Positions 23,017 through 34,344 of a stretch of DNA of 64,000 nucleotides are shown one piece after another (positions within the stretch are counted from its first letter, which is position 1; each line of letters starts with the position of its first letter). Location: NCBI GenBank assembly GCA_973895155.1, contig OZ316894.1, forward strand, positions 13,821,580 through 13,885,579, given 5' to 3'. Below the pieces are notes generated by a model. It was not told where the DNA came from and did not search any database. It saw only the letters and a program-made list of their open reading frames with translations. The position numbers and the translations under genes were made by a program. Source of the stretch: Marsupella aquatica. Lineage: Eukaryota; Plantae; Marchantiophyta.

Positions 23017-25449
23017 TGTGACACGGGTAACGTGTCACTTGACCGAACCCAGGTCGTAGATTAGGACTTATACGGTCATTAGGACCGTAGCCATAGTGTA
23101 GAATAGCACGTATAGCCGTCTGTTGCCATTATGATTAGATTAGGAGTAGGTTAAGATGATCGAATCATTAAAAGTTAAGGAAGGGGATTATTACGCGCGA
23201 CCGAGGTACAGTGGCGGCAGCGGAGTAAAAATCAGTTAGAAGAATCACGCTTGGACTGAGGCGCCGACTTCAGCTCGCTATCAATGCCCAAAACAGCCTG
23301 GCCTTCTCACGCTCGGGCTCATCCTGGCACCTCCATAAGAGAGGAGCCGATGGCGTTGCGGGCCATTTGCTCATGTCTACCTTTCTTTGAATTCGCGGAC
23401 GTTGCCACCCACTCGCCCTGCTGATCGAATCGAGTCGACCTTTACAAGGAGATTATCGAGGGAGAAGAGCGGAATGTGGCGAGATTTAGTCAGGACGAGC
23501 GAGGCCTCCACGAGACAGAGGACCAGCCGGGTGGGAACGCGGACTCAACGAACCGGACTACGAGGTTAGTATGACCCTCACAGCCTTGGGATTTTGGACC
23601 TTGTTTGGCGAGGTAGGTGCTAAGTTCTCCCAGACTTACTGGTACTCTTGCCCCGAGAAAGCCGCTTACGAACGAAGATACGCGAGGCTGGTGACCAAGG
23701 TAGCACTGGTTAATTGCGAAAGGACAGCCATCACCAGGGATTCCAGCTACAACGAGCTGCGAGACTACATCACCGAACTATATCTCAGCAAGGAAGGGCT
23801 TAGATCGGTAGCTGAGGCGATTCTTGAGGTTCCAGCGAAGTTCTTTAAGCTGAAGGGCAACCAACGGCTTACTCAAGCGGAGTTCGACAAGATTCCGGGG
23901 TACCTAGACCAGCAGATCACAGCCGAAAAGTGCCAGGAAGACATCAGCAGACAACGGGAAGCGGCGCGTAATCTTACGTTCCTCGGGGAAAGCTCCAACG
24001 CCTTCAACTGGGATATGGCTACCCCGATACCACCAGCGCCTCAACCGATGACCACCGAAGTACCGCCGAACCAGTCCCAAGTCCGTCCAGTAATCAACAC
24101 GGAGTGTTCTTCGGGTTCCGAGCGAGCTAGTCCGCAACTCAAACAGTGTCCTTGTAAGCGGCCAAGGACTACGATGGCCCCCGAATCAACACGGACCGAC
24201 GCCGCGCCTGCACCTGCCCCGGCAAACCTCCCCGACCAACCAGACCCGACGGCCCCCGGATAACCCAAAGTCCAACTTATTACAGGTAATCCGCATCCCC
24301 GAAGTAGTCTGGATCGCGATCAAGAAACTCAAACATGCGGACTATCTCAAGGAGCATCAATTGAAGCGGTTCGCCCACTTGCTATGGAGGCCGTGCGCCG
24401 CCGGGCCGAAGGAGATTTGTGAGTTCATCTCCAATTTCGACACTAACGCGTCGACCACCAAGGTTTCGGGGCAGGCCTTATCACTCATGGAGCATCGGTT
24501 AACGCAAATCTTCTGCCTACCAATCGGGCCCGTGCCGGTGGAAATCCAAATTTGGGATAAGGAGTATACGCCGCGGCACTTCAAACCCGAGGGTAAGACG
24601 GACAACGGATACAAGCAGGGGGCGTGCACCAACTTAACCTGTATGGAGCGGCTTAACTTCATACGGACTACCCTACACATGATTGAGCCACGATCCGAGA
24701 TTTCCCTCTGCACGATCGTGCAGGTGGAACAGTACAAACGACGAAACTGGGCCCAATTCTTCTACCGAAGATTCTCGGGGCAGCTGAAGCGGGCTCAGGG
24801 TGGTATGGCTATTGGGGGGAAGACTTACTTGGGAAGTCATATCGCCATTATCCTTCTCCTGGTACAAGGCACGGCGGGAGGCCAGAGGAAAGAATATGGC
24901 CACCTCAGCCCCGGGTAATGTCACCCCCGCCCTAGAGGAGGCAACCCCGACTACGCGGACTACCGTCCCTCGGGCAAACCCCGAGCCGGAAGCCCCGACT
25001 AATACTCCGCCACCGCCCCCTATGGAAATTCTGCCGCCCCCTTCCGTCGAGCCTCCGCTGCCCGCAGTACAACCACCCCCAATCCCTCCACCACCTGAAG
25101 AGACCTCACTAGTAGAAACCGGGGCAATTTAGACCAAACCTTATAGGACTAAGGCCACTAAGTCCTTTTTGGCAACCTTAAATGACTCGAAACCATTGCC
25201 ACGGTTCACATGAACACTACAAAAGACTGTGAGTGCTTTTTGGTTTTGGATAAGACTATGAAAAGTACCCTTCTTTGTGAATGTATGAACACTCTAGCAC
25301 ATGATGGGTTGTAGGGTTTAGTTGTGGGCTTTAATTTGATAATGGGCATATGGGGGGGGGGGCACAATTCATTTGACGACCTCTTTACCAACATCCCGCT
25401 AACTTGAACACGGACAAACGGCGTAAATGTTGAAATTCCCTAATTTTGA

Positions 25450-25955
25450 ATATACTCCATAGTGGGTTTGGGGGGGTTTAGGGCTCAAGGGTGGGCCAGT
25501 TACATGCGAAGGGTGTGGGGGTTCACCACTAAAGGGGTTTAGGGGGGTTTATATGCCAAGGGTGGGCCGGTTAGGTCTCAAGGGGGTGGGGGTCAGTAAA
25601 GGGGGTTTAGGGTCAAAGAACACTCAATTGAAATAGTGACGCAGCGATTTAGGGTAAACGAACAGGGACCGTGGACCCTAACTTGTTTGCTGCCTTGGGA
25701 GGATTTGGAGAGCTGGAGGCAACATGCTTCATTGATCCTGAGCTTGCAAGCGGCGCTCTAAAACGGCCCGTGGCATTGCAAAAACAGTCTGGCCACAGTC
25801 GAGTTGTCAAGACATTTAGGGGGTTTATATGTCAAGGTGTGGGGGTGGCTGAGTTTTCACTAAAGGGGGTTTAGGGGGGGTTTATATGTCAAGGGTGGAG
25901 GGTTGAGATGTCAAGGGTGGGGGGTTTAGGGTTAAGGGGATGGGGGGTTTAGGGA
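25450..25955 (+). repeat. G-rich, plant-telomere-like (GGGTTTAGGG) tracts in the CACTA 5' region
   Basis: Repeated GGGGTTTAGGG, GGGGTTTATATG and TCAAGGGTGG motifs. Confidence 0.7.
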
Positions 25956-28900
25956 CCATTGGATGGAGTCCATCGATCCCCACCATCAAAAAGTCGCATA
26001 TTGGAAGTTTACTCAGCTGGGCTATACTTTGAGAGGGCCGAGTAGTCATGACTTAGCACTAGTTTTTTAGGGGCTAGACAAGGCTTGGAGTGTAATTAAT
26101 TTAGACACTTGAAGTAGAGGGAATGGGGGCCTGGGGTTAACATGAAACCTGCATATTGATGGTCGAGATCACTCAAGGCAATCTCTTTTCATCCGAATGG
26201 CTGAGATCACTCTAGGGGCTGCCATGTCATAGTAAGGTTGGCGCCAAACGGCTCTTTGCACCCTTTTCACCCTCGCGCCTTTCAGTCGTGTTTTACTTTT
26301 CTCACAAAGTATCGAGGCTCAACGTTGAATGTTGCGGTTAGTGTCTGCCACTCAGCGTTTAGGGCGAGAGGGTCAAGGGGTTTAGCAAGGTTGCGCTGCT
26401 GTTTTGCCTCAAGAGTGTGCAATCAAGGCTTCAATCAGGTCTCCAGGAGCTGCGGGAGCGCTGTGCAAAGTATTGCGGGAGGATGTGCAATGTGCTGCGG
26501 GAGTGCTGTGCAATGTGTTGTTGCAGGAGTGCTACTGCGGGAGTGCTGCGCGGGAGTCTGAGCTCAGTGGGAGGGTTTAGGTTTGGCTGATCGATGTGCA
26601 TTTACAATTGTGGATAGTAGTTTGCATTGGAGTTGCAAAGGAGCTCGCCAGAGTTGTGAAGGAGCAGGGTGTGGGAGTTGCGGGCTGCCATCGGCCCTCC
26701 TATTTTTCTTTTACTCCCACAGCGAGCTCCCGTATGAGCTCTTGTGTGAGCTTTGTTCAGCTGCGGTGGGTGCTGAGCTTATTTCCGTCGAGCTCAGTTG
26801 TGCTGTGCTGATTTTTGTCTAACAAAGCTCGGGGGAGGGTTGCCGGTTGGACGTTGGAGCTGCGCTTGTGATATTTTGGGGTTCGGGCAAAGGGCGGAGG
26901 GCAGAGGGCGAAGATCAAGCATTTTTGTTTTGCTAACGCTGCGTGGTGGAAACTGGACCTGCGAACTCCTTGTCTATGGTGTTGTGGAGCTGGGCGAGCT
27001 GCAACAAGGGACCGAGCCGGGCGACCTGTGAATTAAGGCCCATCGATCGCTGCTGAAGGTTTGATGTCCAGATTTCTTGCCTGTGAGTCCCCATGTTTGC
27101 AGTCTCTGTCCCAATCTCTTGCGCAGTGCTCGGCGTAGTGATTACACTTACTGTGATTGACCACCTTGCATGATCTACATCCGTGGGCTGGACCCCAAGA
27201 AGTAGATTTCGGCGGCTACTTGCGAAAGGGATTGAAGAGATTGGAGTGCTTGCTCTCTTTGTCCCTCCCCTTGAAATTGTGGGCATTAAAAAGGTCACTT
27301 GGCTTATGTAGTTTTGCTCCCCTCCGCTATGTCAATGCGCGCATGTCCGCTATGTCAATGCACATTTTTTCCCTCTTCTATGTCAGTCGCCGTTTGCCTA
27401 TAATTGGACTGCTCATTTGATGTCCACTCGTCTGATGTAATGCTTCCCGTTGCCGCTGCTAAAGGTTTGATGTCCAGATTTCTTGCCAAACAAAAGTCCC
27501 CATGTTTGCAGTGTCTATCCCAGTCTCTTGCGCAGTGCTCGGCGTAGTGCCCATGATTCGATAGGGAACTGATTCATGAACTGTGACTACTTTTATGCTC
27601 TGCAATGTGAATATGTTGGCATTTGCTGCACTTGGTGTTGATAGTTTTTGTTAAAACTTCAATTTAAGTACGTGGGAGACAGACGGGAAGTCGGACGGGG
27701 AGGTAGAAGTGCACGGGAGATAGACGGGGAGACAGGAGGTAGCGAGCTATTGATTTGCGCCTTACATGACACCGCCCAACATTCACCTGCTACAAGGACT
27801 CATCTTGGTGCGCTTTGAGAATCTCCATGCTGCAAGGTGAGACTCTTTCCTGGTCGTGAACTTATATATGCCCTCTCATAGTCTCGTTTAATATTGAGGA
27901 ATGACTATATGCTTTAGTGACACGGCTCATCTGTCCATTTTTTACTGTGCACGGCTCATCTGTCCATTTTTTATAGCATGATTGACGTCAGTTGTGGCTT
28001 AGTCCACCTTCTTGTAACAAAGCAGGCGGTGATTGGACCAGACCGTGTACTTGGAGCTGCCCCTATCCAGCTGAAGGAGCGTCGAGCACTCTAAGGCAAG
28101 AGTTTCTCCTGCATTGTTACCTGGTTACAAGGTTACTCTAAGGCAAGAGTTTCTCCTACATTGACAACTTTCCCATGCCACCTTCAATCAGTTTTCCTTT
28201 GCACCTTGGCTTGATCATTTCAAAAAACCTGTCACATTGAGCACGGAATCTATCGCCTAAGTTCAGCCTTTCAGCTTTTTTCTGGACTGTCACATAGCGA
28301 GTCGGTCGCGCTACCGGAAGTACTACCACTTTTACTATACGGTTCATCTCAGTGCCTTTTATGGAATGCTTTCTTGTTCTTCTACTCGGCATGGCATCAT
28401 CCTGATTGCCCGTCGCTGTGACCAGCAACGGAAAGCGTAGACTCGCGTTTGGATTCAGAGTCTAATCCAGAGTGTAAGGCTCTGAGCAGACCGTAATAGG
28501 AAGCCTGCCTGATTCTCTAGCCGATCCGACAGAGAGCCATCCTTGCAGAACTTGTTTGAGTGTGTTCCAGTGTTCTAGTGTTCAGCTTTCGAGTGGGTTT
28601 TGTTATGATTTGATTTGGTGATTGTTTTGGAGTTGTAGCCGTGGTCAAACGCATGTCTATTAAAAACAAATTCATGGAGCTCAGGTTGCTGCTGTATATA
28701 AACCGCAACAGGATCCAGAACTGCCTGCAGTCCCAGCAAATCATACATGCTACAGTCACAGGATAGGAGTTCAAGAAGTCTTCACAGTTTCTCATTTTTG
28801 TAGAATCTGAGATGTTGCTGGCCCAGGAGATGAGTTTCCCTTAAGAGTCAGGGACGTCAGCAGTGTGGGCCATGTAATACAGTTGAGAATGATGGCAAGT

Positions 28901-30061
28901 ATAATTTGTTAATGGGTCCAATGCCATGTTTGTGAGCTATTGAGTTGGATAGGAGAAAAAAACCAAAACATTGTCGCAACTGCTTCCAGAACAATCATTC
29001 ATGGTTAGACTAAGCTCGGCTGAACACCCCTCGCTTGCATGGGGCGGACACAATGCGGAATAGGCTGTCATGGAGTTGTCAAATGGATCTTCAATTTTCA
29101 TGATAAATGTCCCCGGGCGTCCGTCCTATGTGTAGATTTTATAGGGGATGATGGGCGAGGATCATCTTTCCCATCTTCCTGAAGCTTTGTCTGCTTTCTG
29201 CCACCTCAGTGGAGGTTCACTTGCACAACACGACAACCAGTGAGTTTTCTCTTTGCTGCAACCTGCAAGGTGAGACTTTCGATCTTTCTGGATGAAAAAA
29301 CAGGATCCAAATATGATTTATGTACATGTCCATGGAGAACATGGTTTTATATACATGCTCTTTGTCTCAAGAACTTAGCATCAAATATGTACTATGCACC
29401 TTTCATGCTATGTGTATATTGTGACCTGTAGTTGGAACCAATTTAGTGAGTGGGAGATGATAAGTGCAGGTTGGTTGCTGTGGGCAAGGCAAGTTGACCT
29501 CCTGCTCGCCTTGCTCATCAAAGGACGTGAACAGAGGACATCACAACAAAAGCAACATTTATGGTGAGGACCCGCAACGCTGAACATGTGTGGCTTGCAC
29601 GCAAGGCAGAGATGTTGCGCCTTGAATATGTCAGACTGGGGATTCTTCCAGCCCAATCTGCATGGTACTTTGAGTACTCTCACGGTTTGCTTATGGCCAT
29701 TATTTGCAATTTGCTGCTACTAATATGTCTCCGACTGGGCAGCATACACCGGAAGTAAGCAATAGTGGAGGTTTAACTGCACATCAACACATCTAGTGAA
29801 CTACCTCTCTGCTGCTCACTGGAGGGTGAGACTTTCACTCTTTCTGGATATTGTAGTTTGTAAGCAAGTTGATTAGGAGTGTTTCATGCTATGTTTACAT
29901 TGTGACCCCTAGCTGGAACCAATGGAATGACACAGTGAGTGGGAACTGATAATTTAAGGTTGGTTGCTGTTGGTGAGGCAAGTACAGCTCCTGCTCACCT
30001 TGCTGATCGAAGGTGCTTATCAGAGGACGTGAACACACGACACTCCACAAAAGCAACACTT

Positions 30062-30511
30062 ATGGTGAGGACCCGCAATGCTGAACATGTGCGGCTTGCA
30101 CACAAGGCAGAGATGTTGCGCCTTGAGTATGTCAAACTTGGGATCCTTCCAGCCCAGTCTGCATGGTACTTTGAGTACCCAGTTGTTGCCAGGAATAACT
30201 ACAGCCGCCCTGTACCTGCTTCTCCACCCTTCCCAACATCCTTGGTATTTTTGTCTCTCGTACATGACCCACCACAAATTAGGGCCCAAGGGTGTGTGCA
30301 CAGTTGCCAGTATGACTGTCCTGCCTGTAGGGCTTCTGGCCTAGAGTTGGATGACCGTTCTCTTGGATGTCGGTTTTTTCACAGAGCACAATGTATCATC
30401 TGGAACCACTCGCCATCCTGCAGTGTGCCTGGCGATGTCACTTGTCCTGCCCTCCCAGACCCCACCACCGGTCACTTTGGTGTCTACACATGTTTGGATC
30501 ACACGCTGTAG
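30062..30511 (+). CDS. Cys/His-rich orphan protein (CACTA cargo), 149 aa
   Basis: Open frame from the ATG of MVRTRNAEH; contains CVHSCQYDCPAC...CRFFH...C...C. The N-terminal part is duplicated at 29561-29680. Confidence 0.45.
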   Translation: MVRTRNAEHVRLAHKAEMLRLEYVKLGILPAQSAWYFEYPVVARNNYSRPVPASPPFPTSLVFLSLVHDPPQIRAQGCVHSCQYDCPACRASGLELDDRSLGCRFFHRAQCIIWNHSPSCSVPGDVTCPALPDPTTGHFGVYTCLDHTL

Positions 30512-31180
30512 AAGACCACTTGTCACACCGCATGCACAGACCAGAGACCATTGACCTATAACTTAACACTTTGACTTGAACAGAGAGGATATTTACTTAA
30601 GATTTTGAATTATGAGCAATTTTGGGTCCAGGGTTTACGGTCAACAGTACATAACTTATCCTATTATGGCTGCACTAAGTACAATATCCTAATTTAAGAG
30701 GCTAGCAAGCTCACTTAAAAGTCTCCTTTCAAAGACTGGAATTAATGGGCCATGTGATAACCTGGAAAAAGTGATTTATGCCTAACTTATTTGTCTCATT
30801 CACTATCATAGCCTATTTAGGATGTATAAATTACAACCCTGATCACACTGCTTGATACCAATCCTGTTCAAAAAATGCCTGTTTTACATGTCACGACTGT
30901 TATATGTGATTCAAATGCATTAAATCTTGTTGCAGATCTCCTTTGGTGAATCATAGCCACAAAATTGAGGTGTAGGTGGAGCTATTGTACGAGGGGATCA
31001 GTTTTTAGTGTGGGCTCAACAAACCAAAAAGTATGTCTACTCTGCACATGTGTGTGAACATTTCATTGCAGTAGCAATTGCCACTCTAGTCTATATGCTA
31101 CACTGTACTTTTTGTACACTGCACTAAATTGTATTGTCTGTGCACTCTACTAAATTATACTATTTGTCTCAGGCGTAGGC

Positions 31181-31861
31181 ATGGCACGCCCTAAAATCCG
31201 AGCCAAGAAGCGGGGGACAGAGGTGAGCAACACAGGTGTAGTTGGGCCAGATGGTAGTAACTTCTCCGCAAGTCAGATTTTCCAGAAGGCAGCTCATTGT
31301 TGTGCCATTTGTGACGATGGTGGTGGCTTAGCCATATGTGAGGGCCCTTGCATGAGGCATTTCCACCTCAACCCGGAGTCTGACCTTGCTGCAGAAAACA
31401 ACTGTCCAGGGGTGGGCCTCCCGTCAGCACACCAGGGAGGCTGGATGTGCACTGATTGTTTGGAGAAGCAGGCTAAGTGTGCACAGTGTGGGAAGTTGGG
31501 GTCTTATGAGGGCTCTGTTGATGCTCCACCACTTGTTAGGAAATGCCCTGACAGATATTGTGTGAGGTTCTTTTGTTTTTCATGTTTGCCCGATCTTGCC
31601 ACAGCTTGCCCACTTCATAAGTGCAAGGCATGTGGTCAGCACGATGAAGATTTTTGGGTGGACATAGTCCACTGTGTTAGGTGTCCCACCATGTGGCACT
31701 TTCATTGTTTGAAGGAGCGTCAAGCAGAAGGCTATGCTTGTGACAGACACATCTATGATCACTCTGCACATGGTGTTGATCGATGGATCTTCTATTGTCA
31801 TCGCCATGCCATAGATCCTACTTTGCACACTCCCATGAGAGATCACATTTCTTGGCTTTGA
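31181..31861 (+). CDS. EDM2-like composite PHD-finger protein (CACTA cargo), 226 aa
   Basis: CAICDDGG..CEGPCMRHFH..WMCTDC..KCAQCGKLGS..CPLHKCKAC..CVRCPTMWHFHCL..YCHRHAIDPTLHTPMRDHISW parallels the PHD region of Arabidopsis EDM2 as I recall it (CAICDNGG..CEGSCLRSFH..CPLHKCSVC..CRRCPKSYHRKCL..YCQEHEIDEELLTPVRDHV). Basic N-terminal NLS. Intact and intronless. Confidence 0.85.
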   Translation: MARPKIRAKKRGTEVSNTGVVGPDGSNFSASQIFQKAAHCCAICDDGGGLAICEGPCMRHFHLNPESDLAAENNCPGVGLPSAHQGGWMCTDCLEKQAKCAQCGKLGSYEGSVDAPPLVRKCPDRYCVRFFCFSCLPDLATACPLHKCKACGQHDEDFWVDIVHCVRCPTMWHFHCLKERQAEGYACDRHIYDHSAHGVDRWIFYCHRHAIDPTLHTPMRDHISWL

Positions 31862-32459
31862 ACCTGAATAATGTACATGCATAGTGCACCTGATGTGGAT
31901 ACCTTGGAGATTGCAGACATTCCAATTTTGAGAAGAAGGACCTCTGTAGGAGAGGATGCTTAGGCAACAAGTACCCTAAGTTCATTACTTGTTCCTGGGT
32001 ACATGCCTTCAAAAACTCCCCTTAAGCCTTCTAGGAACTTTTTTAACTCTGCAATCATTTTGATCACGACTTACATGACACTGCTTAAATTAAATCAGGA
32101 CTTCTCATTATGAGCATATAAGTTACAAGGCTATTTAATTTGCGAGAATTCCCTTAAAGTGTACCAACATTTTCTATTCTCATTGAATGTCTGCCCATTT
32201 ACAACATCTGTATGTGGCATCACAAAACAATTGCACTTGTCACCTTCAATATTGTCAAGGCACATATTCAAACTATGAGGTGCATGCTTGCAGGTGTCTA
32301 GTACGTTTGTCCCAATATTTCTCCCGTTTGGAATCGGAGCAGAGACTCACCAGACGACTGGACTGGACCAAGTTATAAACGCAGCATTTTAAGGGCCCTC
32401 CGATTATCAGGTGAACGCATTATCTTCCGGTCTGCAGTGATTAGGTGGCCCGTGTGTAC

Positions 32460-33308
32460 ATGGCCTCTAGGAAACGTACAAAGGTTGACCACCCGCCTCT
32501 GTTGGCTGGAATCAAAGCCATTTTGATTCCTGGCCACTATGGGTTCACCCAAGTGAGTTGGCCAATCGTACAAAAACGATTCTCAGAGTTCCATGGGACT
32601 GAAGTCAAGGACATCACTCCACAGACTACACATGTTGTTGCGGGGACATGGCTGGATGTGATGAACAACTGGTCATGGTCCTTCATTGATTCTGCCATTA
32701 CCAACCAAGGTCTAAAAGTAGTTGAAGTCTCTTGGCTAACCGATTCTGTTAAACATAGGTGTGTACAGAGTACTGAGCAATATGAGTTGTGGGAGAGTGA
32801 GGAGGCCACTGCAGAGGCTTTGGCTGAAAAGGAAGCCTATGAAGCAGCGGCAGAGAAACCCAACTTTGCTTCTGTCCAATATGGACCTGTTGTCAACATA
32901 GGACACCATCCTATGCGTGCAGATGCTATATTGAATGAGCATGGCAAGGAGAGAAATACCATTATGAAGGGGTTCAGTGTGGTATTTGCAGAAGAAGGAA
33001 TTGGGGAGACTAAGTGCAGATTGTACAAGTCTATAGTTGTTGAGCTAGGTGGGACAGTGGAGGAGAGTCTAACAGAAACCTCCACTCATGTTGTAGGTCT
33101 GTCATACATGAAAATATGCAGAAAATTCTTTAAGACAATAGTGCGTGATTTTGTCATGAACAACAATCTTTGGGTGCTTTCCCCTGATTGGCTTCTGGAA
33201 TCAGCAGCTAGAGGGAAGCGACAGAATGCTTGGGACTTTGATATTTTTGAGGCCTGGCCCTCCAAGATTCAGCGGAGATGTATGCTTAGCAAAGGTGGGA
33301 GAGAGTGA
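32460..33308 (+). CDS. Tandem BRCT-domain protein (CACTA cargo)
   Basis: Two repeats with the BRCT signature: G..V....TTHVV...VVEVSWLTDSV and GGTVEESLTETSTHVV...VLSPDWLLES. NLS-like start MASRKRTK. Intact. Confidence 0.85.
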   Translation: MASRKRTKVDHPPLLAGIKAILIPGHYGFTQVSWPIVQKRFSEFHGTEVKDITPQTTHVVAGTWLDVMNNWSWSFIDSAITNQGLKVVEVSWLTDSVKHRCVQSTEQYELWESEEATAEALAEKEAYEAAAEKPNFASVQYGPVVNIGHHPMRADAILNEHGKERNTIMKGFSVVFAEEGIGETKCRLYKSIVVELGGTVEESLTETSTHVVGLSYMKICRKFFKTIVRDFVMNNNLWVLSPDWLLESAARGKRQNAWDFDIFEAWPSKIQRRCMLSKGGRE

Positions 33309-33484
33309 GGAGTAGGAGTCCCTCATATTTTTGTATAAATCACAATTTTGTAATAAATGTGATCCTTGAACTAACTCATCTTGTCATGGTTGGTCGCAGT
33401 TGAAGTGATTGTTGTTTCCTGCTGCGTGGGGTGTGACTGTGAATCTACTTGCTGGGCTCTGTTTGGCTAAAGACTTTGGTGGGT

Positions 33485-34018
33485 ATGCTGCCTCTTCCAG
33501 ACCGTCAGGCCCTATGTAGGGTCCTCCTACGGGTTGCATCGTGCATGGCTACTGCTTGGGCTTACTTGTGTGGATTGGTAACCAGACAGAGTGTAGCTCC
33601 ATCCGAGATAATGCCTGCAGACCTTGGATGTGTTGTGAATGCTGTGGTGAATGAGGATGCACAGTCGGAAGAGGACATTTACTTTTCAGCAGATGAGTTA
33701 GACAAGCACGATGCTGTAGGTGGTTCCTTGTTGCCTGATTTGGCAGATGATATAGTTCTTACACATGTCTGGCCGAGGGTTCTTGTGGTGTCTGGTGCAC
33801 AAGATATCTGCAAATATAGACTAATTAGTACCCAGTGGAGGGACTTGGTAGCAACATGTGCACCATGGAGGGCACTGCTGCCACTGCTTGTAGGCACGGA
33901 TCGAAGACCACCATGGCATGAGCAGGGTTTAGACCTTGATGACTTAATATACATGCCTGAGTACCTCAGGGCTGAGTGGCATCGACAACAGGATTGGTAT
34001 CCGTATTTGATGTGGTAG
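33485..34018 (+). CDS. F-box-like protein (CACTA cargo)
   Basis: LLPDLADDIVLTHVWPRV...YRLISTQWRDLV fits the plant F-box pattern (LLPGLPDDI...LRLVSRRWR.LV). Start codon uncertain. Confidence 0.6.
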   Translation: MLPLPDRQALCRVLLRVASCMATAWAYLCGLVTRQSVAPSEIMPADLGCVVNAVVNEDAQSEEDIYFSADELDKHDAVGGSLLPDLADDIVLTHVWPRVLVVSGAQDICKYRLISTQWRDLVATCAPWRALLPLLVGTDRRPPWHEQGLDLDDLIYMPEYLRAEWHRQQDWYPYLMW

Positions 34019-34344
34019 TAAGATGAGGACATCTCACACCGGTCTCACACCTGGCACCTGTGTCTATGACTATACATGATTGGACTCTGATATGGTCATG
34101 GATGTACGTGCAAAGGCAGTACATGTGAGGACAGCGGAGGAGTTGACACCCTCAAACATTTAGGAATTTTGTCTCATTCACTTGAGAATAGGTACATGAC
34201 TCAGGCACCTATGATTTTTGTTTTTTTGTTTTTTTGGAACGTTACGTATTTTGGCAAGTACAGTCGGGGGTGAAATCCTTAACAGGAAGTGTATTTTTCA
34301 CTTGCATAATAAAATGACAGGGTGCTGAGTGTGTGTGTATAGTG

